Shown here one piece after another: positions 1-11,924 of a stretch of 36,667 nt of DNA (position 1 is the first letter of the stretch; each line of letters starts with the position of its first letter). A program made the translations under genes and the position numbers. This stretch comes from Octopus bimaculoides. Taxonomy: Eukaryota. The stretch lies in contig NC_068989.1 in assembly GCF_001194135.2 (NCBI RefSeq), positions 42,476,880-42,513,546 of the forward strand. Reading direction: 5' to 3'. The notes below the pieces were generated by a model that had not been told where the DNA came from, ran no database searches, and saw only the letters and a list, made by a program, of their open reading frames with translations.

Positions 1-398
1 GGTCCTCGCTGGATTATCTATGAAAAATGTTTGTTCAATCAAGGTCCACTTAAGATTAAACAAGAACAATATCAGCAACAAAAACAAAATGTTAGCAAGG
101 AGTTAGTAACAGTTAATTGAGCCAATAAATAGTTAGAATTTTGTTGTTGTTGTTGTGGAACTTATCTTGTGTTACAGATCAACGTTTGCTATTTTTGTTA
201 GTTCAGCCTTGACTGATCAGCAGACCTGTGATCAAAGGTTTTCCAGCCACAACTATTCATTCTTTTTTTTTTTTTTTTTTGGTACCTAAGAATAACTTAT
301 CCATTGGATACACTGGATAACATACGGGGACATCGTCATACTAGAGGAATTACGTTTCACAACAAGAATTACTTTTGACAACTTAATCCAGTGTTTCC

Positions 399-944
399 AA
401 TGGTTCTTACGTTATTTTTACTCGCGATTCAGTTCGTCCCCGTTTCAGTTCAGGTACGTGATGCTGATTGATAAGCCACAAAAATGACGAAATATCGATA
501 TCCATCACTTCTGAATGGGATTGGAGACCAGTTGACTCACCTATCTATGACTTCCAGCTGTTTTAACACCCAGTGCCATGAAGGCGTCTTCCTCAAGGCG
601 CTATATACTGCAGCGAACCAGCGAACAAACAAAACACATACATTGAGTATGTGCGGTTGATAATGTTTACAACACTAGCGCTGCTTTTAATTTGTAACCG
701 AATTTAATCGTATGTATGCATCGCCGTGGCATACCAGCAAATGGTTCTTATACTATTTGTATATAGTCATAGACTGGCGATTCAGTTCGCCGCCGTTTCG
801 GTTCAGGTACGTAATGTTGATAAGCCACAAAAATGGCGAAATATCGATATCCATCGCTCCTGAATGGGACTGCAGGCGAGTTGTCTCGCTTATCTATGAC
901 TTTAAGGGCAATGAGGAAGTCGTCCCCAGAGCGCTATAAACTGC
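399..944 (+). repeat. Diverged direct repeat, two copies of about 210 bp with a period of about 340-353 bp
   Basis: gcgattcagttcg..ccgtttc.gttcaggtacgt...ttgataagccacaaaaatg.cgaaatatcgatatccatc occurs at 424 and 777. The flanking anchors aatggttctta and gcgctata.actgc appear in both copies. Confidence 0.85.
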
Positions 945-1142
945 CTATATTCTATTTTACTGATTTATTGACAGATGAAAGCGTAGGTCACTCTTAGCGT
1001 TATATGAACGTAGAACATAAAGAATCAACTGTAAATACACGTAAGAACTTTGTTAAAGCTCTCTGTTAGTTCTACCAAATAAAATAATTTTGTCTTAAAA
1101 GTAATATGATTAACCCCATTCTGAGTCACGGGAAAGTGTAGG

Positions 1143-1245
1143 TTTCGGGCTCGATAAAATAAGTACCAATTGGACACCAGGTCGACATAATCGACTTACG
1201 CACTGCTTTAAAATTGCTGGTCTTGTGCCAAAATTTTAAACCATT
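1143..1245 (+). mobile_element. Family 1 SINE 3' fragment
   Basis: tcgataaaataagtacca...gtcgacataatcgactta...ggtcttgtgccaaaattttaaacc. Confidence 0.7.
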
Positions 1246-1387
1246 ATACTAAGGGCAGTCAAATATTTTTCTCTCTCCACATCGTTCTTCACCCTCACTT
1301 TTTTTTTCCAGTTCGATATTCAGTCTCTCTTTCTTCACCGTTTCATGCCCATCTCTCTGCTTATCATGTAAAGTGTCATGGATGCTG

Positions 1388-1425
<38 letters not shown>
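1388..1425 (+). repeat. Poly(A) tract of 38 nt
   Basis: Read directly. It sits just upstream of a SINE head. Confidence 0.95.
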
Positions 1426-1427
<2 letters not shown>

Positions 1428-1440
1428 AAGAAGAAACATG

Positions 1441-1599
1441 TGTGTGGTAAGAAGTTTACTTCGCAACCATATGGTTCTAGGTTCAGTCTCACTACATGGC
1501 ATCTTAAGCAAGTGTCCTCTACTGCAGCCGCGGATCGACCAAAGCCTTGTGAGTGAATTTGATAGATGGAAACTGAAAGAAGTTTGTCGTGTATGTGTG

Positions 1600-1653
<54 letters not shown>

Positions 1654-1915
1654 TGTGTGTCCGTCCTCCAACACCACTTGATAATCGGCGTTGGTTGGTT
1701 TATGTCCTCGTAACTTTGCAGTTCAGCGAAAGAAAACGATAGAATAAACATCAGGCTTTTAAATAAGATAAGTACTGTGGTCAATTATTTACATTTACAT
1801 TCCTCATCTCTTAAATATAGAAATGGGATCAATTAGTTCGACTAAAACTTTAAGGCGGTGCCCCAGTATGGCCGCATGCCAATGACTGAAACAAGGTGTA
1901 AATGAAATGAAATAC
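1441..1915 (+). mobile_element. tRNA-derived CORE-type SINE (family 2) with internal (TG)n
   Basis: tRNA-like head (ggttctaggttcagtc), CORE-like ggcatcttaagcaagtgtc, then caaagccttgtgagtg...ggaaactgaaagaag, (TG)n and a 3' block aaggcggtgccccagtatggccgca...gactgaaacaag. Confidence 0.8.
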
Positions 1916-2579
1916 TTACAGAATTGACTCACTTGTTGTCAAATGTAGTTCCTCCACTATGACGATGTCTGTATAAGAATGCAAATGGTATTCCTGAATA
2001 ATTAGTTTTTCTAGAAATGAGTATTTGTTCGAACATGACAGTTGACAAGTCTCGTTCATAATGTCTTTATATTCTAAGTCAGACGAAAATATTCTATTTT
2101 GATACTAGTGTATACAATTATAGGCAAAATCTGGTGCAAGAATTAGCATACATGAATAATTACCAGGAAAAGATGTGGCACAAACTAGGCCTAGTCTCCG
2201 GTGTCACGGAAACATCGTAGCCATTAATACCGTAGCCACTTTCACATTTTGTCAAGACAAAATCATTCACCATATTGCTGACTAGAGTTTAAACGTCTAC
2301 CTTGTACATTAAGTACTTTAAATAGGTGTGAGACGCGTATTCATCGCGTATTTTGCAGCTACGAACGTCCTTCTTTGCATAACGTTACATGGGAGTAGAT
2401 AATCGGTATTTGTGTTAACCACTCCAAGGTGAAACATGTTTCACTGATACAACGCCGGAACGTACTTGTGGCCGCTCGACTCGCAAGAAATAGCAACCAA
2501 ATCTCCTTTAAATCATTCCCTACTGTTTAAAATAATGAAACGTGACATTGAATAATGACTTTTCTTCTAAAAAGACGGA

Positions 2580-2796
2580 ATAATAACCCTTTCTACTGAA
2601 GGCAAAAAGGCCTGAAATTTTTGGGGGAGTGGACCAATCGATTTCATCGACGCCAGTGTTTCACTGGTACTTAATTTATTGAGCCCGAAAGGACGAATGG
2701 CGAAGTCGACCTCGGTGGAATTTGAATTTAGAACGTAAGGAAATGTCGCTAAGCATTTTGCTCGGCGTGCTAACGATTCTGTCAGCTCGCCACCTT
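2580..2796 (-). mobile_element. Full-length tRNA-derived SINE (family 1, Meta-domain-like)
   Basis: The reverse complement reads aaggtggcgagctgacagaatcgttagcacgccgagc...ttcaaattccaccgaggtcgactt...aaattaagtaccag...tttcaggcc...agtagaaagggttatta. Confidence 0.85.
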
Positions 2797-2915
2797 AATA
2801 ATGATAATAATAACCCTTTCTTCTAATGGCACAAAGCCTGAAATTTTGGGGGAGAGGGCTAGTTGATTACATCGACCCCAAGTATTTCACTGGTACTTAA
2901 TTTATCGACTCTGAA
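2797..2915 (-). mobile_element. Family 1 SINE 3' half, stacked head-to-tail with the previous copy
   Basis: The reverse complement contains gtcgataaattaagtaccag...ggggtcgatgtaatc...aatttcaggctttgtgcc. Confidence 0.75.
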
Positions 2916-3253
2916 TTTGAAGACGGAGTAATAATGATGGGTTTTACATCATCAGGAGCTAAAACAACAACAGCAAAAAACAACTCCATATTTGAAGCAT
3001 AGTACAGAATACAGAGAGATGGTAGAATCGGTAGGGCCTTGGATAACAAAATTTAATTATGTACCGCTACGGTCTCAGTTCAAATCATGCTTGAGTTCAT
3101 GTCGTATTTCTCCCATCTTGGGGTCGATAAGATAATTAACCCTGCTTTATGAGTTCAAATCACACTCTAGTGAAGTCGATAAGGATCATTGGCATAAGTA
3201 ATACAGGGAAGGAGTTTCGATCGACCAGACTGCCTCTCTTACCTGTCTCTCCC

Positions 3254-3290
<37 letters not shown>

Positions 3291-3679
3291 CCCCATGTCT
3301 CAGTGCAAGAAACCAAATATTTGAAGTTCAGTAACCATTATGAGTTGCACTCGGTCAACTTTATTTCCAGAGCTCTTTACTAACCTGACCAGACCAGACC
3401 AAACCAGTTTAACTGCCATTACCTGTTCGTTTGATCGATTGTCTTATTAACGAAGTTTAACTTCTAAAAGTTCTTGCCTGGAAAATCAGCCAACCTCCTT
3501 ACCAACCAACTAATATTTCGTTTAGATAACCAATAACGTTTCATTAGAATTTAGTGGACGAAAATCGTGCAGTAATGTTTAGCAACGTTTGTATGTACCA
3601 GTTGTCGAGTTGTGGCCCTTTATGTAAAAAAGGATAAAATCCTAACCTTCGAAAAGAAAAATGTGATCGATAAAATAAT

Positions 3680-3780
3680 AACCAAAGTGAAACAAGTGCT
3701 GGGGGTGATTAATAGACTTTTGAAGGCGGTACTCCAGCGTGGCCGCAATCACATGCTTGTAACTAGTTACAGAGTAAGAC
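3680..3780 (+). mobile_element. Family 2 SINE 3' fragment
   Basis: ctgggggtgatt...gaaggcggtactccagcgtggccgcaatc is similar to 1850-1880. Confidence 0.5.
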
Positions 3781-4509
3781 AGGAAATAAGTCAGAGAATG
3801 AACTATGTTGCGTTGCTACTTTTAGAATCTGCCGTCTCCACCCTATCATCATCAAGCTCGCCTCCTGGAGAGCTAAGTTAGTCAACCAGCCAACCGGCTG
3901 ACGAGCCAGCCTGGCATCGGCCAGTCAGCCTGTCAGACGTGCAACCAGACACCCAGCCTGCCAGACGGGCAACCAGCCAAAGAATTCCGTATGAATGAAA
4001 TAAATACGGCATTGTCTTGTTCCAAATGAAACAATGACATCCTAAAATCTGTAGCGTACTTTTAGAAGTGGTTAGATAACTATGAAAATATACGGAGCCG
4101 TCGTCGTCGTCATCATCATCATCTCTCTTTCTCTCTCTCTATTTGTCTGTCTGTCTTTCTCTTTATAGCTCATTCTTACACTTCTATTTTTCTTCTCAAA
4201 GCTATTCCTCTCACTGTCACTCTTCCTCTTTCTCTCTATCTGTCTTTCTCTCTCTGCCTTTCGTCCACTTTTTTCTACTTCTTTAACAACTTCCTCTCGC
4301 ACCACTTGTTCTTGTGATAGTTGCATTGGGTTGCTGATTTAGTATCCTGATATGTATAGAGAATTCTTAAAGGAGGTCTCGTACAACTACATGGAAATCA
4401 CGAGGGGAGAACGCTACTAAGAACGGTAAGGCGTGGTTCTCGAAAAGTGAGCTGTGTAACTTGCAGTTACGAATATTTAACATTTGTCCTATAAGAGTGA
4501 AACAAAACA

Positions 4510-6300
4510 TGGCGAGAAGGATGACAACCGGAAAACACTTCAACTTGAACAATTTAGAAGAAGCTAATGCCTGGCTGATACACAGTTCGAAGAAAAAATT
4601 GAATGCGATGACACGTTGATGTCAAAAAGAAGTCAACATTTCTTTCTACCCGTGGAGTTGAAGGCAAAATGAAATTAAAAGATGTTTTTTTTTTCCGGTA
4701 AGACTTCAGAATGCAACATACCAACAAATAATGAATGCGTAGCAAGAACTAATAAAGCCGAAGGAGAGACTGTTAATTGTGAACAGTTTAAAATTATTTG
4801 GGACTGAAGCAACTAGAAAATGAGTCAATCAACGACTTCCTTCTCAAGCTTCCTTCTGTCATTTGAATAGGTTGAAAGAAAATTCAATCGCGGAATTATC
4901 GTTGGCAGAAGTAAAGTTAAAAAATGTGGATCAGTTACGATGTCATTCTCAAATAAAATACAGTGAAATAGCTGCTCTCGCATCCACCATAGAATCGGAA
5001 ATGTTGTTTGCGAGTAGTCGACAAACAACAACAAGAATACCCCAATAGCAGTCCTGACGTTGTAGTGAAATGTCGAAATTGTGGGTGTACACACAAAGCT
5101 TGTGCATGTCCAGCATATGGGAAAAATTGTAATAAGTGCGGCAAGTTAGAGCATTTTGCAAGATTTTGCCGATCAAGAAACGATCGCCGTGTGGACAACA
5201 TAAATGTATCTCCGAGCGAGACTGGATCTGTTGACAGTTTGTTGCTAAACGTGAACAACAATGAGAGTACTGATATCACGGGTTTTTGCAAGTGCTTTAT
5301 AAATAACAGAAGCATAGATATTGTTGTAAAGTGGGTTCCTCCCACTGGTGTGATGTATGAATGCTGTTGTACTGTAGTTGCTGCTTTGCGCAAGTAATTA
5401 CAATAGTTAGTAGTCTCCGGATACCGTTGTATCTTTTCGTACCAGAATAGTAATACACTAACTTCTTCTGTCTTACTATCGCTGATAGCTCCTCAAGACA
5501 CCGACAAGAACTGTCGACTCTCGACCCTCACTGTTGTAAAGCAGTCTTTTGTCACTGTTGTATCGGTTTTTTGACAACGGTTGTCGCTTTGACAGATATT
5601 GTTATATTCCGACGTCGTCGATAGAATGTTTCTTCTATCTGGCACTGTACGACTACCAATCATACAGTGTTAATATCCTCAAAAGGTTGGATCGATATAA
5701 CGTCCACTTAGTATCACAGTATAATTACTATATCAGCACAGACACGACTATCAACACAGTCTACACGTACTCTCGACCTTCTCGACCCTCTCTTGTCGAC
5801 CGGCTACTGGTCTATTTATAATGGCTGCCTACTACCCCTTTTAACTGGGAGGTGTGTACAGCTTCACTATTCAATAGATATGAAAGTGGATACTGGGGCA
5901 GCTTGTTCGATAACCCCGTTATCATTTGTTCCACAATTAGGTATCCCAATCGAATCATGTCACAATAGATTAACCACTTTTTATGGTTCAGATCTAAAGA
6001 GTGTTGAATATATCCGAGTGACATTTAATCTCAGCAACACTGAGTCACGAAATTTTATTGTGGTAGACAACCCAGACTTTTTGGGGCTGATTGGAAAATA
6101 TATCATTAAAGATAGTTCGTTTTGTTTCAATTTGAACATGGATGTGTTCCCAGGAGTTAACGGTTTTGTGGGCCGAGTCAACTGCTCTGATGCGAGATAT
6201 AACGTGATGAATTCAGTGAAACGCGTTCCAGTACATTTAGAAAAAGGAGTTGAAGAGGTTGGAAATGACGGGTATCATCACACCGTCGGATTACTCTGGA
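4510..6300 (+). mobile_element. Degenerate Ty3/gypsy LTR-retrotransposon relic: gag, zinc knuckle, aspartic protease and start of RT
   Basis: Frameshifted gag-like peptides KKKSTFLST and KQLENESINDFLLKL. Tandem Cys/His knuckle CRNCGCTHKACACPAYGKNCNKCGKLEHFARFCRS (about 5070-5180). Protease MKVDTGAACS followed by FLGLIG. KRVPVHLEKGVEE and LEMTGIITPSDYS precede RT, and similarity then stops at about 6300. Confidence 0.85.
5322..5876. mobile_element. Solo LTR-like insertion (555 bp) with a 5-bp target-site duplication
   Basis: Starts TGTTG and ends CAATA, one mismatch from CAACA. It is flanked by GATAT at 5317-5321 and 5877-5881. Removing it with one duplicated site restores INNRSIDMKVDTG in frame. 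A TATAAATAG lies on the minus strand near 5812-5820. Confidence 0.75.
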
Positions 6301-6799
6301 ATCAGATGTGCTTCATCTGTTGGAGAGTCCACAGCTTTCGTATCGGATAACATACCAGACGAACACTCCATGTATCCAACATAGTACATAGAAATTGTTT
6401 ATACCTACATATCTATATAAGAGGCGGACTTTTCGAATTGCATTTCGGTACACGTGTTTGTTCAGAATAATATTTTTATGTGTCTTGACTCTGCGTGTAC
6501 TGAAGAGCAAAGAGTGCATATTGTGCACTGATTGCAAAATCATATGATATACCACCAAATCTGATTTCAGGAGGCCCGCTTCGAGAGTTGCATTCCTTCG
6601 CGTTCGGTAAAATGTATTTATTATGGTAGTTTGACTTTAAGAGTCCCTCCTAGCGTGAGGCATTTATGTATAGTAATTCCCTTAATATAAATAAATATAT
6701 TTATAGGGAATAATTTATAAATTTTTTCCTTATGAGGTTTTTTCACGCTAACTACTTAATAAATTCTTATAAAGATTTTATCCTATATTTAAATTATAT

Positions 6800-7151
6800 A
6801 TATATATGAAGTTCTCCTGGTTTCTGATTGCTCTAGTGATTCTGAATCCCTTACTCTTCTCATGCTGGCTACATTGAAAGCTCTCCTAGACTCTGATTGT
6901 TCAGGTATTTTTAATGCCTTTTCTCTCCTCTTGGTAAGAGCATTTGATGTTCTCCTGGATGCAACTTGTTCAGGAGTTTGAAAGTCCCTAAGTATTTGCA
7001 TATTCTCAGCATTGGAAGCTCTCCTGGCTGCCGTTCGATCTGGGTTTTCATTTGCACGGGACTTTCTTTTCCTCGCTTCAGCCTTGGCTCTTGCTCTTTT
7101 GATTTCAATCTGGTCCTCTGTTGGCGGACATTTATTTTTACGAGGCACACT
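6800..7151 (-). mobile_element. Helitron-like RepHel N-terminal relic with 23-aa STPR-type repeats
   Basis: Exact 23-aa period: ENPDRTAARRASNAENMQILRDF / QTPEQVASRRTSNALTKRREKAL / KIPEQSESRRAFNVASMRRVRDS / ESLEQSETRRTS. The start VPRKNK is probably a decayed MPRK. The frame breaks at a (TA)n run. The Helitron assignment comes from family knowledge, not from a Rep motif seen here. Confidence 0.6.
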
Positions 7152-7600
7152 GCTGTCGTATACGATAGGCAGCAATAAATTACAAATGAACTGAAAATTG
7201 ACTGCTGCATTTAAGTATTACATTAATATTTAAGCCTACCTTTTAAAAGTTCAACGATAATTCTTCTGCCATCACTTAATTTAAAGACAATTTGATGTAT
7301 GTAGGTTCTTAATTTTCACACAAATAATTCTGTTTCATGGGTGACTTTCGCTGGATTTCGCAATTTATTTCGATTATTCCCAAATTCATTTCCAAGCTAT
7401 AAAAATTGTTATATCAATATATTAATACCTACGTATTTACGTACGTACGTACCTTAGTTGAAAGGAAGAGGTGAAAAGAGAGAAATAAAACTTGTTAAGC
7501 AGAAGAAGTATAGTTGAAGTAAGAGGCAAAGCGGCAAAGAATAGGGAGTAAGAGGGGGTGTGAGAGTGAGAGCAAGAGAGAGCAAGAGAGAGAGAGAGAG

Positions 7601-7635
<35 letters not shown>

Positions 7636-8289
7636 ATTGATAGCGCTGAGAGGTAAGAGAAATATACTGCGTTAAACGCAGGAGAAAAGTTAGAGGCAAA
7701 GAGACATAGAGGAGGGAGAGGAGAAGGAGGGGGAGAGAGAAAGATTTTTAGTGAGATAAACTGAGTGAACGAAAGAAGTCGACAGAGAATGACAGTGAAA
7801 GAGAATGAAGCTATTCTCAGAGAGAAAACGCTGGGAAACTTTTCGCTTTGGACGATGTACGATAAAGACATTGTGACAGTTATTCTTTACCGTTTGAAAG
7901 GTAGTCGTTAAAAAATACCAATTTTCCTGAAAGTTATGAGGCAGAAAATGTTAGGTCGTGTGAATTTTCCGAAACTCCTCTTCCTAGCCCCTCAGAAAAA
8001 ATTTTCCCAACAAATCTTAAACATACACTCAATCAACAAGATCTAAGCTATTATTTATGGAATTTATGAGGTAACAAAGTCAGTGAGATATACATCGGTA
8101 GTTATGTCCATAATTATTCGATAGTTATTAAATGAAGTCACTATCTACAGATGTTTACATTTTTTGGTCCAGTTAGTAAAATTTGTTATTGTACTAAAAA
8201 ATTCGTTGCAAAAAAAAATCACGTAAAAAAGACGCTGAAAGCAATCGCAGTAATGAAAACTTAAGAATCCAAAACTTCAGGATTGCGGG

Positions 8290-8416
8290 TTCGATTCGGC
8301 CCGGAATGTTTAATTTACTCACGGTGTCGGCCTAATTCTCAACTGGTATGATATGTTGGGCAGTTGGAAAAGTGTGACTCACTGACACACTGACATTCGC
8401 ATTTATTATATTAGAA
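8290..8416 (-). mobile_element. Probable Helitron-type 5' terminus
   Basis: The minus strand reads TCTAATATAATAAATGCGAATGTCAGTGTGTCAGTGAGTCA. This resembles the TC...AATAT.ATAAATGCGAA starts of invertebrate Helitrons. It has the same orientation as the STPR ORF and lies upstream of it. Confidence 0.4.
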
Positions 8417-9444
8417 GTGGTAATAGGATCTTTCTGAATTGACGGGCACCACCTAGGGAATAACGGCAAAATTATTGTTTACAAAAACAGCAGTAACTGT
8501 ATTCAGCTGAATAGACGTCAATGATTGGTTGAAATTACAGAAATACGACAATTTTAACTTGAAATAACTTGCAATATATAAATTTTTGTTAAGAAAGCTA
8601 AGAGAAAAAGATGTTTTATATGACACATTCTACCAGTATCCCAAGTTTGAAAGTGTTTCATTAGAAAACAAATGGTGTCCGCCAAATCAGAAAGATCCGT
8701 GGTAATAAATTAATGCAACCTTCATCAAATGATATTGTTCTATGTAAAGAGAGACCAACTGTCTTGACTAAAAAGTAACGAATAGATATAGTTATCAAGA
8801 TTAACGTTTCCAAAAGTTTGTTTTCGTTATTGCCTTCACTTTTCTGTTTTATCATCACCCCCCCTCTCTCTCTCTCGCTCTCTCCCCCTCTCTCTCTCTC
8901 GCTCTCCCCCTCCCCCTCCCCCCTCTCTCTCTTATATCTTTCTTCCTTCACTGATTTTTTCTTTCTCCCTATTCTCCTGCTATTTGTACCACTGAAGAGG
9001 AAGTTATATATATATCAGTAATGACTTCTGTAACAGTCGCATATGTCATNNNNNNNNNNNNNNNNNNNNNNNNNNNNNNNNNNNNNNNNNNNNNNNNNNN
9101 NNNNNNNNNNNNNNNNNNNNNNNNNNNNNNNNNNNNNNNNNNNNNNNNNNNNNNNNNNNNNNNNNNNNNNNNNNNNNNNNNNNNNNNNNNNNNNNNNNNN
9201 NNNNNNNNNNNNNNNNNNNNNNNNNNNNNNNNNNNNNNNNNNNNNNNNNNNNNNNNNNNNNNNNNNNNNNNNNNNNNNNNNNNNNNNNNNNNNNNNNNNN
9301 NNNNNNNNNNNNNNNNNNNNNNNNNNNNNNNNNNNNNNNNNNNNNNNNNNNNNNNNNNNNNNNNNNNNNNNNNNNNNNNNNNNNNNNNNNNNNNNNNNNN
9401 NNNNNNNNNNNNNNNNNNNNNNNNNNNNNNNNNNNNNNNNNNNN

Positions 9445-10172
9445 TTTTTTTTGCTGCATAAAAAATTAAACTTTGATGTAATATTTGGCACTGCTGAACG
9501 TAAAGCATCTTCTGCAATTTTCACCGTTGAACAATATTTGGTCTTAATAAGGGTTAAAAATGAAAAAGTCGTTTCACATAAGTATGTGGTGCTAAATGAC
9601 AAAAGAACATGTAATGCCATTTCAGAAATTGTTGGAATTATAGCTTAAGCCCCGATCCAGAATTCAGTCAAATATTTTTTTGTAAATTCAAGTTTCAAGT
9701 GTGAGTCCCTGGATAGCTCAGTGAATTCCTCTTGGGTTTTATATGGCAGATGATTAATACCACCAATATCAATTGGAAATGGTTCCTGAATTCAAGATAA
9801 CTTTTTGAAATAAAAATTCGATATGAGGTATTTGCGAAATTGTGTTTCTCAAAATTTTGTTTTTCTATATTTGAAGATATAAACAGTTTTTCAAAATATA
9901 TCTTTGGTTTATTTACATATAAGGAATGTTTGGATTCAAGATGCCTTTTTAATTTTGAAGGTTTCATACTCTCCACGTCCAAAACATTATTGCAAATTAA
10001 ATAAAGAGGTTGTTCCATACCATCGAAATGAAACGTAAAGCCAAATTGGAGAAATGACTCAACGTATTTTCTTTTTCGCATCTCTCTGATTACTAGGTCC
10101 TGCTTGAACAGACTTTGTAGCATTGCCATTTTCGTCATTACATTTGTTATTCAAGTTCAGCCATTTATCCAT
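9445..10172 (-). mobile_element. Internally deleted hAT (Buster/Charlie-type) transposase pseudogene
   Basis: MDKWL start at 10172, then a frameshift to RKYVESFLQFGF...ICNNVLDVESMKPSKLKRHLESKH (N-terminal zinc-finger region). About 200 bp later comes the C-terminal dimerisation motif LLSFSTTYLCETTFSFLTLIKTK. The DDE core is absent and the 3' end runs into the gap. Confidence 0.88.
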
Positions 10173-10674
10173 GAGTGAAAATATTTTCATTTTGAAATAT
10201 AATTAAAATAACATTTCAGAAAATAATTATTATGAAATTATTTAAATAAATACCGACCTCACTCGAATAAAACAGCAACATGTATTGTTATTTATACACT
10301 TATTAAGATGAACACAATCAAACAACTACACTGAAAATACATACGTTGTCACTGCATCAGTCGCAACGGTGCCGCATGCGCACTTCATTGCCGCAGCGCT
10401 TGCGTGGCGCATCGCGTTAAATATTGTGCGTTAGTGAAATAACATCTTGATAATACTAAAACTCTAGGGATGTTTGTCTGTACCCAAAATATCTCAGAAA
10501 TAATATACTTTATCTTAATTTTATTTTTTGAATATTTATTTTCATACTTACCTTCGGCAATGCAGTACACATTTTTGTGACATTTGGACCTCTATTTATT
10601 GACGAAAACGAGTAAACACACTTTATGTTTATTTCTTGACGAAAAAAAAAGAACATGGCTTCCATGACGCCAAC

Positions 10675-10735
10675 ACACACACACATACAGAATACACACA
10701 CATACAGAATACACACATACAGAATACACACACAG
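10675..10735 (+). repeat. Short minisatellite of cacacatacagaata units
   Basis: Three near-perfect units, varying in the (CA) run, plus a degenerate fourth. Confidence 0.8.
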
Positions 10736-10988
10736 AAACTGAATGTCATGGCATGTCAATCAGCACAAACACACGTCCGCTATCTGTGACATATACACAC
10801 ATATAGTCATCGCGCTTTCTCAGAAAAAAAAGTCGACTTTTTGACGTCCTCAATATTTTAATCATTTAGAAATATTTTTAACTGAATGTGATTTCAAAAA
10901 TATAAGTTGTTTGTACAGTAAGTATTTATGTTTTAGTTTTCATTAAACAGACAATATTTTAAAGTTATTTAAAAATTATTTTCAAGTC

Positions 10989-11099
10989 TAATTTCCGTAA
11001 AAAATGTTTATCCATTTACTTTTGTTTTAAAATGAAAGAGAGGAGAAAGTGAAAGATGTATGTACGTGTACATGAAATGCACATGTGTGTGTGTTTGAA

Positions 11100-11136
<37 letters not shown>

Positions 11137-11512
11137 TAGAAAGAGAGAGAGAAGAAGAGAGAAAGAGATAGAAAGAGAGAAAGAGAGAGAGAGGAAGAGA
11201 GATAGAGATAGAAAAAGAGAGAGAAAGAGTGAGTGAAGGGTTGTGTTGTCATGTATACGCACATACATCAATACACATGCGTACATCTTTTTTGTATGTA
11301 CGTGTGCATGTGTGTTTGTGTGTGTGTGTGAGAGAGAGAGAGAGTGAGTGAGTGAACGTGTGTGTTCTCATGTATGTGTAAATGGCACTCTCTCCCTCCC
11401 TCCCTCTCTCTCTCTCTCACACACACACACACATGCCCATTTCATGTACACGTTCATACATCTTTCATTTTAAAACAAAAGTAAATAAATGAAATTTTTT
11501 TTACGGAAATTA
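10989..11512. mobile_element. Foldback/MITE-like element with long terminal inverted repeats
   Basis: taatttccgtaaaaaa...tttacttttgttttaaaatgaaag...atgtatgtacgtgtacatgaaatg (10989-11115) is the reverse complement of 11400-11512. TA lies at both outer edges and the interior is rich in GA/GT microsatellites. Confidence 0.7.
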
Positions 11513-11924
11513 ACGAACAAAACAAGCTGATCTGGATGACAGTTCTAAGAGTCAAAGCGAAAGATCGTCCCAAGGGAGCACTATTACAAAACTTTTTATC
11601 GAGTGCATTCAACGTGTCTCAGCTCTAAAGATTTCGCTGCTATTTCTAGCACACCCTGCTACCACGTAACAGCTATTTGCGACAAAGGACCAGAAATAAT
11701 TATGTGGTAGCAGGGCATGCAAGAAATAGCAGCCAAATCTTTGCTTTTCCGGGGAGAGGAGCCGTTTACGCATGATGTTGATGTCACATTCGTTGAAAGC
11801 ATTCGAAATAACCTGGAAAAGGGGAATAAACATGAAACAAAATTCCCTTGCTGGGAAACTCAGACTTTCTAGGTGACCAAATAAGTCAAGGGTAGTATAA
11901 ACTGAAATTGAAGTGTTTGAGTTC

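Noticed and set aside
1335-1784. ORFs 1335-1784, 1378-1713, 3149-3334, 4072-4326, 7437-7871, 8661-9021 and 11008-11286
   Set aside because: Their low-complexity translations come from poly(A), (GT)n and (GA)n tracts and SINE bodies.
10827-10842. Perfect 16-bp palindrome aaaaagtcgacttttt (also actaggcctagt near 2183)
   Set aside because: They are short, partly homopolymeric and plausible by chance, with no supporting context.
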